The position numbers and the translations under genes are program-made. The notes under the pieces are model-generated. The model was not told the origin of the DNA. It made no database searches and saw only the letters and a program-made list of their open reading frames with translations. Positions 9,867-17,735 of a DNA stretch of 26,002 bases are shown in pieces. Every line of letters begins with the position of its first letter. Within the stretch, counting starts at the first letter, position 1. This DNA comes from a virus (lineage: Duplodnaviria > Caudoviricetes), in IMG/VR virus record IMGVR_UViG_3300020045_002351, positions 1 to 26,002 of that record. One strand, written 5' to 3'.

Positions 9867-9916
9867 CGCTAAGGATTCGCCTTGCCAATACCTAAGCGAT
9901 TCGCTAAGGATTCGCC
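9867..9916 (+). promoter_or_regulatory. Putative late promoter TTGCCA(9882)-N17-TAAGGA(9905) with a 15-bp direct repeat
   Basis: CGCTAAGGATTCGCC at 9867-9881 and 9902-9916. Imperfect palindrome CCTAAGCG-ATT-CGCTAAGG (9891-9909). Lies upstream of scaffold and capsid genes. Confidence 0.6.
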
Positions 9917-9945
9917 ATCGCCACCAACCGGGCGTCATTCGGTGA

Positions 9946-10980
9946 ATGAGTAACCAAGTCAATCCGAACGAGGGCGGACAATCCCCGCAGCAGGAAGGCA
10001 ACCTCAGCATGGAAGCGTTCGCCGCTCTCATCGCAGGGGAAGAAGTTGAGACACAGGAGGAAGAGACGGAGGAAACCGATGAGGAAACCGACGAATTGAC
10101 CGAATCCGAGGAAACGGAGGAATCCACCGAGGACGAGGAAGAGGCCGAGGATGAACCAAAGGCAACCGATGGAATCGACCTGGACAACCTGACCGACGAA
10201 CAGTGGGAACTCGTTAGAACCAAGCTTAAATCAGGGGCTGCCGCACGAATTGGCAAGCTTACCGCCCTGAACAAAGCGAAGGATGAAGCGATTGCCGCTC
10301 TCAAGAACCAGCAGCCACAGCAGGCCGCGCCACTGGAAGAGGTGACAAGCCGGTTTCTCGAAGGGATCGAGGACGCAGAAGCACTGCAAGCCAAGGTTGC
10401 GGAACTGAAGAAGCTGGGGAAGGACACGGCCAGACTGCTACTCGACCACGAAGACTACGGCAGCAATGACCTGATCGACGTTGGCGAAAAGCAATACACC
10501 AAGAAGCAGCTTCGGGCGCTCGACCTTGAGATCAAGGAAACGCTGATCGAAGCCGTTCCATTCAAGCAGGAGCAATTCCGCAAGCGCGAGTTCATCGAGA
10601 ACGAAGCCGCACGGGTGCGCGAGAAGCTTGTCTCGGAGGTGACCGAGTTGTCAGACGAAAAATCCCCCGTCGCCATCAACTTCAAGGAGCTGACCGAATC
10701 CGATCTTTTCAAGCGGATCACCAAGCAATTCCCGGAGGCCAAGGCAGTCCTGCCTTATCTAACCGGCCATGCGCTCAGGTCGATCCACGGCAAGCCGAAG
10801 CAGACGGTCGCAACCGCACCGGGCAAATCTCCGAAGGCAAAACCGCCCGGAAACCCGGCAGGCGCGGCAGCAGCCCCCGCAAAGGCACCATTGAAGAACG
10901 ATCACAGCAAACTCCGCGAGAGGGCATCCCAGACAAACTCGCGGGCCGACTTGGAAGCATATCTGGAAAGCATTCTATAA
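9946..10980 (+). CDS. Capsid scaffolding protein
   Basis: Very acidic Glu-rich N-terminus, coiled-coil middle, Pro/Ala/Lys linker and a short C-terminal helix. Immediately precedes the major capsid gene. Confidence 0.85.
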   Translation: MSNQVNPNEGGQSPQQEGNLSMEAFAALIAGEEVETQEEETEETDEETDELTESEETEESTEDEEEAEDEPKATDGIDLDNLTDEQWELVRTKLKSGAAARIGKLTALNKAKDEAIAALKNQQPQQAAPLEEVTSRFLEGIEDAEALQAKVAELKKLGKDTARLLLDHEDYGSNDLIDVGEKQYTKKQLRALDLEIKETLIEAVPFKQEQFRKREFIENEAARVREKLVSEVTELSDEKSPVAINFKELTESDLFKRITKQFPEAKAVLPYLTGHALRSIHGKPKQTVATAPGKSPKAKPPGNPAGAAAAPAKAPLKNDHSKLRERASQTNSRADLEAYLESIL

Positions 10981-10992
10981 CCGAATACTACC

Positions 10993-11973
10993 ATGGCCAC
11001 TTCTACCACTTACAACCCCGCCGCACTGACGGCCCGCACCGGACAGGGCTCCGCAATCGGCAACCGCGAGGATCTTTCGGGACTCGTCGCGATGCTGGAC
11101 GCGCAGAACACCCCGCTCGTTTCCCTCGCTTCCAAATCAACCGCGAAGGCCACTTATCATGAGTGGATCGTGGACAAGCTGGAAGACCCGACCAACGACG
11201 CCGTCAACGAAGGCGCTGACGTGACCAGCTTCGCGGATGCGTTCACCAAGGTCGCACGCCTTGGCAACCGCACCCAGCACTTCCGCCGCGACTGGCGGGT
11301 GTCCAAGGAGCAGGAAATCGTCAACTCCGCAGGCAAGCAGGATGTCGCCCGCGCCATCTCCAAGAAGGTTATCGAGCTTCGCCGCGATGAGGAAAAGCGT
11401 TTCCTGAGCGACGAGGACAGCGCCACGGAGAACGGCACCACCGCCAACGCCGCTCGCGGTCTTGGTGACTGGCTCGACAGCGCCGGGCCATCCGACGTTG
11501 CCGCTGACTTCCGCACGCCTGCCGGGTCGATCCTTGCCGCCGCGCCCACCGAAATCACGCTGAACGACGTGATCGCGTCGATCTTCAACGTCGGCGGCGA
11601 AATGGACTCTCTGACCTGCATTGCCGGGATCACCCTGCGCAAGCGCATTTCGGAGTTCACCCGCACGGACAACAACGCCTCGGAAACCGTTTACAACGTG
11701 ATCCAGGACGCTGTCGGAAAGAAGGTCACGCTCGCCGTGAATATCTTCGATTCCGATTTCGGCATCCTGAACATCGTCAACGGCAACCCGCGCTGCATGC
11801 CTGCCGCTACCCGTGGCTACATCGTGAAGCCTTCCTACCTCGGAATCGCGTCGCTGATGCCTCTCGGCACCGTCCGCTTGGAAGACCAAGGCGGCGGACC
11901 ACGCGGTTACGTCGATTGCATGTCCACCCTCGTCGTCCGCGATCCACGCGCCCACGGCAAGATCGCCTACTAA
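10993..11973 (+). CDS. Major capsid protein (DUF5309/SU10-like, HK97 fold)
   Basis: NREDLS..., TPLVS, HEWIVDKL, EGAD, N.TQ.F and terminal AHGKI motifs; strongly biased codon usage. Confidence 0.9.
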   Translation: MATSTTYNPAALTARTGQGSAIGNREDLSGLVAMLDAQNTPLVSLASKSTAKATYHEWIVDKLEDPTNDAVNEGADVTSFADAFTKVARLGNRTQHFRRDWRVSKEQEIVNSAGKQDVARAISKKVIELRRDEEKRFLSDEDSATENGTTANAARGLGDWLDSAGPSDVAADFRTPAGSILAAAPTEITLNDVIASIFNVGGEMDSLTCIAGITLRKRISEFTRTDNNASETVYNVIQDAVGKKVTLAVNIFDSDFGILNIVNGNPRCMPAATRGYIVKPSYLGIASLMPLGTVRLEDQGGGPRGYVDCMSTLVVRDPRAHGKIAY

Positions 11974-12003
11974 TCGAACCCCTACTAAGAAAGACGAAAA
12001 ATC

Positions 12004-12528
12004 ATGGCTGACGTAGCACTTACCACCACCCTGGTCAAAGGACCGGCGGCAAACAACGAGGTCGGACGCGGTTGGACTCACAAGCTTGAGATCAACTACA
12101 CGGACTTCCTCGCCATCACCTCGGCATCGGACAACGACACCGTTACCGTGTCGTGCTTCACCATCCCGGCATACAGCATCGTGACCTCGGTGGGATACCG
12201 CCTTGTCACGGCGTTCGATGACAGCGGTGGCGGCACTTCCGGCACGCTGCTCCTTGGCGACGATGACGACCCGGACGGCTTCCTCACCTCGTCCGTGATC
12301 CACGTTGACGGGACCGAAGTATTCATTGGAGCGAATACCGGTGCTTACTTCATCGGCACCGACTCCGGCGCTGCCACCACGGCGAACGTCGTCAAGGGCA
12401 AGACCTACACGGCGGCGAAAACCATCAAGGCGGTCTTCACCCCTGCCGGATTCAAGATGGAGGAATCGACCCAAGGCAAGATCGTGATCTTCGCCAACAT
12501 CCTCGATACCAACATCCTGATCAGCTAA
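12004..12528 (+). CDS. Probable capsid decoration or other structural protein
   Basis: Thr/Gly/Asp-rich beta-type sequence right after the capsid gene, including VTAFD and GDDDDPDGFL; followed by a strong hairpin. Confidence 0.6.
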   Translation: MADVALTTTLVKGPAANNEVGRGWTHKLEINYTDFLAITSASDNDTVTVSCFTIPAYSIVTSVGYRLVTAFDDSGGGTSGTLLLGDDDDPDGFLTSSVIHVDGTEVFIGANTGAYFIGTDSGAATTANVVKGKTYTAAKTIKAVFTPAGFKMEESTQGKIVIFANILDTNILIS

Positions 12529-12537
12529 CCACCACCC

Positions 12538-12579
12538 GAGCGGGAGCCGTCATCGCGGCGGCTCCCGCTCAACCTTTCC
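12538..12579 (+). terminator. Strong hairpin after the capsid genes; partial terminator or mRNA stabiliser
   Basis: GAGCGGGAGCCGTC-ATCGC-GGCGGCTCCCGCTC (14-bp stem) followed by AACCTTTCC, a weak U tract. Confidence 0.6.
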
Positions 12580-12580
12580 G

Positions 12581-12874
12581 ATGGTCCTTCAATTCGCACC
12601 CGGCGAGATCAACGACCTGATCTTGAACGAGCTGATTTCCGGCCGGAAGTTCAAGGCGGCGCAGGAGAAAGCCCGCGAGCGATCCGCCGCGCAGGAAGCC
12701 TTTGCCGCCCGTGGTCACAAGACGATCCCGGGGCTTGGCAAGCTCGCCTTGTCCATCCCGCAAGAGGACTACTTCGACATCATCGGCAAGTATGGCGAAG
12801 AGGCCATGCACAATCGCGAGTTCCTCAAGGACTTGCAGCGGCTTGAACCGCAATTCGCATCCGCCAAACTATGA
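12581..12874 (+). CDS. Hypothetical protein of the head module
   Basis: 97-aa ORF with an ATGA overlap to the next gene. Confidence 0.8.
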   Translation: MVLQFAPGEINDLILNELISGRKFKAAQEKARERSAAQEAFAARGHKTIPGLGKLALSIPQEDYFDIIGKYGEEAMHNREFLKDLQRLEPQFASAKL

Positions 12875-13821
12875 CGACCCGCCAATATAGCGAACTCCTC
12901 GCGCAAGTCGAAGCCCTCGCAGGGGCAACCTTGGCGACGCAGGAGCAGGCGCGGGTCAAGATTTTCGCCAACCGCAGGGCGCGGGCGGCACATCGCGAGT
13001 GCGACTACTGGCCTCACCTTCTCCATGTCGGGGAAGAACGCATCGTTTCCGACACCGGGCTTCTGCCGCTTGAGCAGACCGGGCTGACCACGATCGACAA
13101 GATCATCCGCATTCACGCGGAAGACCCGTTCAAGTCAGAATCCGTTTTCGAGTATTGCGAATACTACCAGTCATCGGACGGCATCCAGATCACGGGGTAT
13201 AGCCCGGCGGAAGCGTCAACCGGGGCTAACATGGTCGTCACTGGTGCGCTAAACCCAGATGTGGGCGGAACCTATGCGCCGACAAGTATTGTGACCTCTT
13301 CTGAGGGGTTGGAGTTCGATCAATACACGTCAACGTCTAACAATAATTACACGATCACTCTCACGCTGGCCAACGACCCCAGCAACCTTAAGGTTTTTTA
13401 CTACCTAGGAAACATCAGCTCGGGCGATTATTTTGTAGCGGACGGCATCGGTCTTGATGGGTATTTCTCTACTCCGGCAGATGCTTCCGGCTTGTTTGTG
13501 ACGGCGGGAGCAGCAACCGGCAGCCCGATCATTACTGCGGAAGCCGTCTACTCCGCCTTCGTCACCTACCTAGCCGGAATCCCGACCAACTACGGCGACG
13601 GCGAAAGCGAGGAATCCGACATCCCGGAAGCGTGGTTTGAATACATGGCGCAAGGCGCTTACACCGATTGGCTGCGAAGCGACGGCAGCACTGAGAAAGC
13701 CATGGCAGAGGAAGCCATCGCCGCCGGTCTCCTCAACCAGCAACTCGAAAAGGTCAGCCGCTCCAACGGGCAGCAGGTCATCACCCGCGTCATGACTCAC
13801 GCCAACCGCCAAGCACGATGA
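12871..13821 (+). CDS. Probable head-tail adaptor or tail tubular protein with an internal inserted domain
   Basis: N-terminal helices ending in a YWP motif and C-terminal DIPEAWFEYMAQGAYTDWLRSDG helices. The central Thr/Ser/Asn-rich part has lower GC. Confidence 0.6.
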   Translation: MTTRQYSELLAQVEALAGATLATQEQARVKIFANRRARAAHRECDYWPHLLHVGEERIVSDTGLLPLEQTGLTTIDKIIRIHAEDPFKSESVFEYCEYYQSSDGIQITGYSPAEASTGANMVVTGALNPDVGGTYAPTSIVTSSEGLEFDQYTSTSNNNYTITLTLANDPSNLKVFYYLGNISSGDYFVADGIGLDGYFSTPADASGLFVTAGAATGSPIITAEAVYSAFVTYLAGIPTNYGDGESEESDIPEAWFEYMAQGAYTDWLRSDGSTEKAMAEEAIAAGLLNQQLEKVSRSNGQQVITRVMTHANRQAR

Positions 13822-14603
13822 TTCTAGGACTCGGACTTTCACTTGCAAACTCCCGCCCGCTGGGGGGATTCGACCCTGACGCCGCCGCCTACTTCGCCCG
13901 CGCCACGGTCACGGATGAGACGGCGCAGAACAACATCAACGCTTTCATCGTCGGGTTGAAGGCGCAGGGCTTGTGGAACTCCGTTTACGAAATCCACATC
14001 ATGCGGTCCGCCTACAATCGCGGGACCGGAGCGACGGTTTACGGGCTCAAGGGGACATTCGACTTTTCCGCTACCGGCACGCCTACGTGGGGAACAACCG
14101 GCATCACCTACGTTTCCGCGTCGAATCAATACCTCTCGGCGACCATCTCCAAGCAGTTCAGCGCGGCGTATTTCTTCACGCTGGTCCGCTACACCTCGAC
14201 CACGCCAGGGAACAGCCGGACGCTGGACATTTTGGAGGGCGCGAACATGGGCGGCTTGTGGGCACCGTTCAACGACGGGAACATGTATTGGGACTGCCTT
14301 CGCGCAACGTCGCGAACCTCTGGCGCTGCCGCCCCGACCGCCAACCAGTTTCACGCCTACTCAGGGTCATCGAACGGGATTCGATGCTGGAAGGACAAGA
14401 CCAGCGTTGGAGGAACGACCCCCGCCGCGAACCTAACAAGCACTTACACGACCGTTCAATTCGGCCGCGCCAATATCACGGCGTCGCTTAACGGCATCGG
14501 GGCGCTTTCGGTCATGATCGAATCAGGGCTTTCGCAAGCGCAGCACGAAGCGGTTTACGACCTCGTCAAATCCACCATCGGCGATGGGCTCGCCATGATC
14601 TAA
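13818..14603 (+). CDS. Virion-associated protein with a probable beta-sandwich (lectin-like) C-terminal domain
   Basis: MILGLGLSL N-terminus, then FDPDAAAYFAR...INAFIVGLKAQGLW, then a Thr/Gly/Ser-rich beta region. Confidence 0.55.
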   Translation: MILGLGLSLANSRPLGGFDPDAAAYFARATVTDETAQNNINAFIVGLKAQGLWNSVYEIHIMRSAYNRGTGATVYGLKGTFDFSATGTPTWGTTGITYVSASNQYLSATISKQFSAAYFFTLVRYTSTTPGNSRTLDILEGANMGGLWAPFNDGNMYWDCLRATSRTSGAAAPTANQFHAYSGSSNGIRCWKDKTSVGGTTPAANLTSTYTTVQFGRANITASLNGIGALSVMIESGLSQAQHEAVYDLVKSTIGDGLAMI

Positions 14604-14607
14604 CGCC

Positions 14608-14847
14608 ATGAAAACCACCGCCGCAATCCTCGCATTCACCCTCGCCGCGTGCAGCACCGTCAAGACCACCGTGACCGCGCCTGACGGGACGGTGACGGTG
14701 ACGGAGTCGTCTTCTACCGACCCCGCCGCGCTGGCGTTGGCTGGCACGGCGATCACCGCCTACGCCCCGCCGCGTGCCCGCACCATCCGCGAGGAGAAGT
14801 CCGGCCGCATCTCGCCCGCTGAAATCGCCAACCGCTGGAAGCCGTGA
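14608..14847 (+). CDS. Small lipoprotein, possible spanin component
   Basis: Signal peptide MKTTAAILAFT with lipobox LAAC; next to the endolysin gene. Confidence 0.65.
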   Translation: MKTTAAILAFTLAACSTVKTTVTAPDGTVTVTESSSTDPAALALAGTAITAYAPPRARTIREEKSGRISPAEIANRWKP

Positions 14848-15533
14848 ACCGGCTCCTTGCCTACGCTGAATGGGCAGGCGGGTTATTCATGGACCAGTTC
14901 AAGCGCCACAAGCAGCAGACCTTCATTCGATACCTCACACCCGAAGAAATCGCAGCGAAAAAAGCCATGACCATCATCCTTGATCCAGGCCACGGAATGA
15001 GCAACCGGCGCAGCGGAAAATACGACCCCGGCGCGGTTGCTGGAGGATTCACAGAAGCAGAGATCGCCCTGGCATGGGCGAATGAGCTAAGGACCATCCT
15101 GCGAGCGGCAGGGCACAGGGTGATACGCACCCGTGTTGACGCGCAAGACCCTTGCCCGGTGTGGCGACGCGACGACATCGCCCGCAGCTACAAGGGCGAT
15201 CTGATGTTGTCGCTGCATTGCAACTCGACTCCCGGAGCCAGCGGCACCGAGACCTTCTATCGGGGCGCGGATGACAAGGCGATGGCTGAGAAGCTGACCG
15301 CTGCCGTCTGTGGCGTGCTTGGCACCAAGAACCGTGGCGCAAAGACAGAGAAGGAATCACAACACGAATCCCTTGCCGTGATGGAGTTCGACAAGTGCTG
15401 GCTCCTTGAAATCGGCTTTATCGACAACGAGGAAGACCGTCGAAAGATGACCGACCCGGCTTTAAGGCTGGCGGCGTGCAAGGCCCTGGCAACAGCCATC
15501 GGCGACGGCATCGAAGATTTCATCAAACCATAA
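14844..15533 (+). CDS. Endolysin, N-acetylmuramoyl-L-alanine amidase (Amidase_3); catalytic domain begins at ATG 14967
   Basis: IILDPGHG, E (TEAEIAL), LSLHCNS, GTETFY and LLEIGFIDN motifs. Confidence 0.92.
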   Translation: MNRLLAYAEWAGGLFMDQFKRHKQQTFIRYLTPEEIAAKKAMTIILDPGHGMSNRRSGKYDPGAVAGGFTEAEIALAWANELRTILRAAGHRVIRTRVDAQDPCPVWRRDDIARSYKGDLMLSLHCNSTPGASGTETFYRGADDKAMAEKLTAAVCGVLGTKNRGAKTEKESQHESLAVMEFDKCWLLEIGFIDNEEDRRKMTDPALRLAACKALATAIGDGIEDFIKP

Positions 15534-15553
15534 TCCATCCGCAAGTCTCCCCC

Positions 15554-15964
15554 ATGACCTACACTCAAGAGAAAATCACCTACGGGATTGCCGCCATGGT
15601 ATCCGCCGCCGCATCAACCTTCGGAGCTGTCGTTTCCGAGGGGGAGAGCCGTTGGCTATTCGTCACGATCACGGCAAGCATCCTGACCGCCTGCTTCCTG
15701 GCGCTCATCTTCAAGCGGGCTGACGAGGGAATCCGCCTTGTCATCGGCAGGGCGGGCTTGTCGATTCTAGGTGGCGTCTTAGGCAGCCGATACATCGTCA
15801 GCCACTACGGGATTACGGCGGTCAATAACGACATCGTCGCTTTAGCGGGAGTCGCGGCCGGAGTGACCATGGCGGGATTCGTCATCGGCTACCCGCTCTT
15901 GCAGCTCATCAACTCCAAGTCGGGCACGCTGGCAGAGAAGATTTTCAAGAAGTTCACGCCGTGA
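15554..15964 (+). CDS. Probable holin (multi-pass membrane protein)
   Basis: About four hydrophobic segments and a basic C-terminus; follows the endolysin gene. Confidence 0.65.
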   Translation: MTYTQEKITYGIAAMVSAAASTFGAVVSEGESRWLFVTITASILTACFLALIFKRADEGIRLVIGRAGLSILGGVLGSRYIVSHYGITAVNNDIVALAGVAAGVTMAGFVIGYPLLQLINSKSGTLAEKIFKKFTP

Positions 15965-15968
15965 CGGC

Positions 15969-15996
15969 TTGACCCGGCGGGCGGGGATGGTAGGTT
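15969..15996 (+). promoter_or_regulatory. Sigma70-like promoter for the non-coding RNA unit
   Basis: TTGACC-N16-TAGGTT with an extended TG at 15988-15989. Confidence 0.55.
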
Positions 15997-16028
15997 GCGG
16001 GCGAGCGTGGCGCAGGCCACGTTCAACT

Positions 16029-16101
16029 TCCACTGTAGCTCAGGAGTAGAGCAGCCGTCTTTGTAAACGGTTGGTCGTCGGTGCGAATCCGATCGGTGGG
16101 C
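16029..16101 (+). tRNA. tRNA-Thr(UGU)-like gene with an 8-nt anticodon loop (CUUUGUAA); CCA not encoded
   Basis: Acceptor TCCACTG/CGGTGGG, D arm GCTC-AGGAGTA-GAGC, anticodon stem GCCGT/ACGGT, variable loop TGGTC, T arm GTCGG-TGCGAAT-CCGAT. Confidence 0.8.
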
Positions 16102-16104
16102 AAC

Positions 16105-16163
16105 GCGTGGGCCGGTCGGGTCGCTACCGATACGCCGCAAAGAGGCACCCGGCCCGCGCTCCA
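16105..16163 (+). ncRNA. Candidate structured RNA: three-way junction closed by an 11-bp stem with a 3' UCCA
   Basis: GCGTGGGCCGG/CCGGCCCGCGC stem, inner hairpins TCGG..CCGA and GCC..GGC, then TCCA. Confidence 0.5.
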
Positions 16164-16172
16164 CTTTCGACC

Positions 16173-16206
16173 GCGCCGCCCCGAGCAATCAGGGCGGCGC
16201 TTTCGT
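16173..16206 (+). terminator. Rho-independent terminator closing the non-coding unit
   Basis: GCGCCGCCC-N10-GGGCGGCGC followed by TTTCGT. Confidence 0.7.
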
Positions 16207-16228
16207 GTCTAGCCTTAGGGCCAGCTTG

Positions 16229-16283
16229 ATCCTTAAATAATTTACGATTATTTCTTGCCAGCTTTCGCGCCCTCCGGTAGAGG
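16229..16283 (+). promoter_or_regulatory. Early promoter TTGCCA(16255)-N17-TAGAGG with an AT-rich UP-like tract
   Basis: AT-rich TTAAATAATTTACGATTATTT upstream. ATG 16291 follows TTCGCCA, consistent with a leaderless start. Confidence 0.6.
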
Positions 16284-16290
16284 TTCGCCA

Positions 16291-16464
16291 ATGCAAGACG
16301 ACATCAACCCCGGAGGCAACGTCAACGTCGCTCTCGGCCAATCCCGGAAGCGGCAGCTCGACGCCTTGGCCAACCGACTCAATCGCAAACCGACCGCGCT
16401 GGCCCGCGAGTTCATCGTTGCCAGCATGGACCGCCTCATCAAGCCAACCAAAGCCAAGTCATGA
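16291..16464 (+). CDS. Ribbon-helix-helix-like transcriptional regulator
   Basis: NVNVALG (beta strand), then RKRQLDALANRLNRKPTALAREFIVASM (two helices); first gene of the early operon. Confidence 0.65.
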   Translation: MQDDINPGGNVNVALGQSRKRQLDALANRLNRKPTALAREFIVASMDRLIKPTKAKS

Positions 16465-16586
16465 GCAACATCCGCTTCAACGCCGCAGACGCCCGAAGCC
16501 GTGGCATGCACCTCGCCCGCCTCTGGTTCATTGAGCAATACCTCGCCCTCCGCGCCGAACGAGCCGCAACCAAAGCCAAAGCATGA
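16461..16586 (+). CDS. Small hypothetical protein (41 aa; absent from the ORF track)
   Basis: MSNIRFNAADARSRGMHLARLWFIEQYLALRAERAATKAKA*; ATGA overlaps at both ends. Confidence 0.65.
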   Translation: MSNIRFNAADARSRGMHLARLWFIEQYLALRAERAATKAKA

Positions 16587-16846
16587 AGACGAGATATTGG
16601 TATCATTTGGATTCCCCTATGATGTGGAAAAGCGCCGGGGACGCCTCGATTTGCCGCCCATCAAAAGGCGGCGACTGGCGACCATCTAGTTGCAGCGTTA
16701 AAGACTTGGATGAAGACGAGCACGTTATCGAATGCGACGCCGACGGCAACCCGCTGGATGCGAAACCCGCCCCGCTCACACTCGCCGACCTCGAAGCCTT
16801 TGAAGCCCGGCTCCGGGTCAACCTCGAAGCTCTCCGCACGCCATGA
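16583..16846 (+). CDS. Hypothetical protein
   Basis: ATGA overlaps at both ends. Confidence 0.75.
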   Translation: MKTRYWYHLDSPMMWKSAGDASICRPSKGGDWRPSSCSVKDLDEDEHVIECDADGNPLDAKPAPLTLADLEAFEARLRVNLEALRTP

Positions 16847-17058
16847 AGACGCCGATCACTGATGAGGCTACCAGCGACTGCATTTGCAACTCCTGCGAGG
16901 GGCGCGATGTCGTGCCGCGCAAGGTGGCGGTTGCGCTCGAACTCGACCGGGCCGCGCTGATGGAGCTTGTTGAGAGCTACGTTGAAAACGGGCAGTCGCT
17001 CCCGCTCACGCAACGAGCCATTTACGCCCTATCCGCCGCCCGCGCAAACTTTCCATAA
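16843..17058 (+). CDS. Hypothetical protein with a TP.TD N-terminal motif
   Basis: MKTPITD...ALELDRAALME, resembling the MSDTPRTD proteins further downstream. Confidence 0.75.
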   Translation: MKTPITDEATSDCICNSCEGRDVVPRKVAVALELDRAALMELVESYVENGQSLPLTQRAIYALSAARANFP

Positions 17059-17062
17059 ACGT

Positions 17063-17113
17063 CCGGCCGTCTCTTGCCGCCCTTGGGAGGGGTAGCGGCA
17101 AGGGGCGAGCCGG
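17063..17113 (+). other. Long intergenic hairpin
   Basis: CCGGC-CGT-CTCTTGCCGC-CCTT GGGA GGGG-TA-GCGGCAAGGG-GCG-A-GCCGG; no U tract. Confidence 0.55.
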
Positions 17114-17136
17114 GCACCACACTCAAAGATACACCT

Positions 17137-17367
17137 ATGTTCACGAACCAACAAATCGCCGCCACGCTTATCGACAAGTGCTACCGCCGAATGAGCGGCA
17201 AGGAGATCGCGCTTTGCCACTACGTCAACCAGGAGGGCGACTTGCTGCCGGGAGACGGGCCGATGTTCACCTCTTTGAAGACGCAGTTCGCCGCCGACCT
17301 CGCCAACGTCGCCGAGGTGCCAGCCTGCCGCGAAACACCGGACGACGAGGGAGGCGGGTTGCTGTGA
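17137..17367 (+). CDS. Hypothetical protein (MFTNQQIAATLIDK...)
   Basis: ATG follows the hairpin and an A/C-rich leader; GTGA overlap with the next gene. Confidence 0.7.
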   Translation: MFTNQQIAATLIDKCYRRMSGKEIALCHYVNQEGDLLPGDGPMFTSLKTQFAADLANVAEVPACRETPDDEGGGLL

Positions 17368-17735
17368 AACCAGAAGCGCAACGAATCGCCATCGCCGAGG
17401 CTTGCGGAGTCACTATCCGCGAAGAGCAAGACGGAAGCGGGCTTTGGTCTGCGGAAGGCCCTCGCTGGTCGAGTTATAAGACTGGCTTGTCATTGAACCA
17501 CGCACAGCGGGTAAGCCTGCCCGACTACCTCAACGACCTGAACGCGATGCACGAAGCGGAGAAGGGGCTGACGCCCGAGCAGCGAGACACATACATTTGC
17601 CATCTCGGGACCGTCGTTGGTCACTGGGATATTTTCGAGGACATCGGGGCGGTTGATGCCATTGCCACAGCCACCGCAGCCCAACGCGCCGAAGCCTTCC
17701 TTAGAACAATTGGAAAATGGACCGATGAGCAATAA
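17364..17735 (+). CDS. Conserved phage early protein (possibly ABA-sandwich-like)
   Basis: AQRIAIAEACG...PDYLNDLNAMHEAEK...ATAAQRAEAFLRTIGKW pattern. Confidence 0.75.
   Translation: MKPEAQRIAIAEACGVTIREEQDGSGLWSAEGPRWSSYKTGLSLNHAQRVSLPDYLNDLNAMHEAEKGLTPEQRDTYICHLGTVVGHWDIFEDIGAVDAIATATAAQRAEAFLRTIGKWTDEQ

Noticed and set aside
10030-10160. GAGGAA-rich repeats
   Set aside because: Explained by the Glu-rich region of the scaffold protein.
11137-12474. 445-aa minus-strand ORF and many other long antisense ORFs
   Set aside because: They are shadows of high-GC, codon-biased + strand genes and have no recognisable motifs.
16054-16071. Reading the tRNA as tRNA-Gln(UUG) with a 7-nt loop
   Set aside because: That register breaks the anticodon stem; only the 8-nt loop gives five pairs.
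17058-17115. Hairpin after TAAAC as a fourth attC-like site
   Set aside because: It has no GTT box and lacks the 3-bp/bulge/6-bp/bulge geometry.
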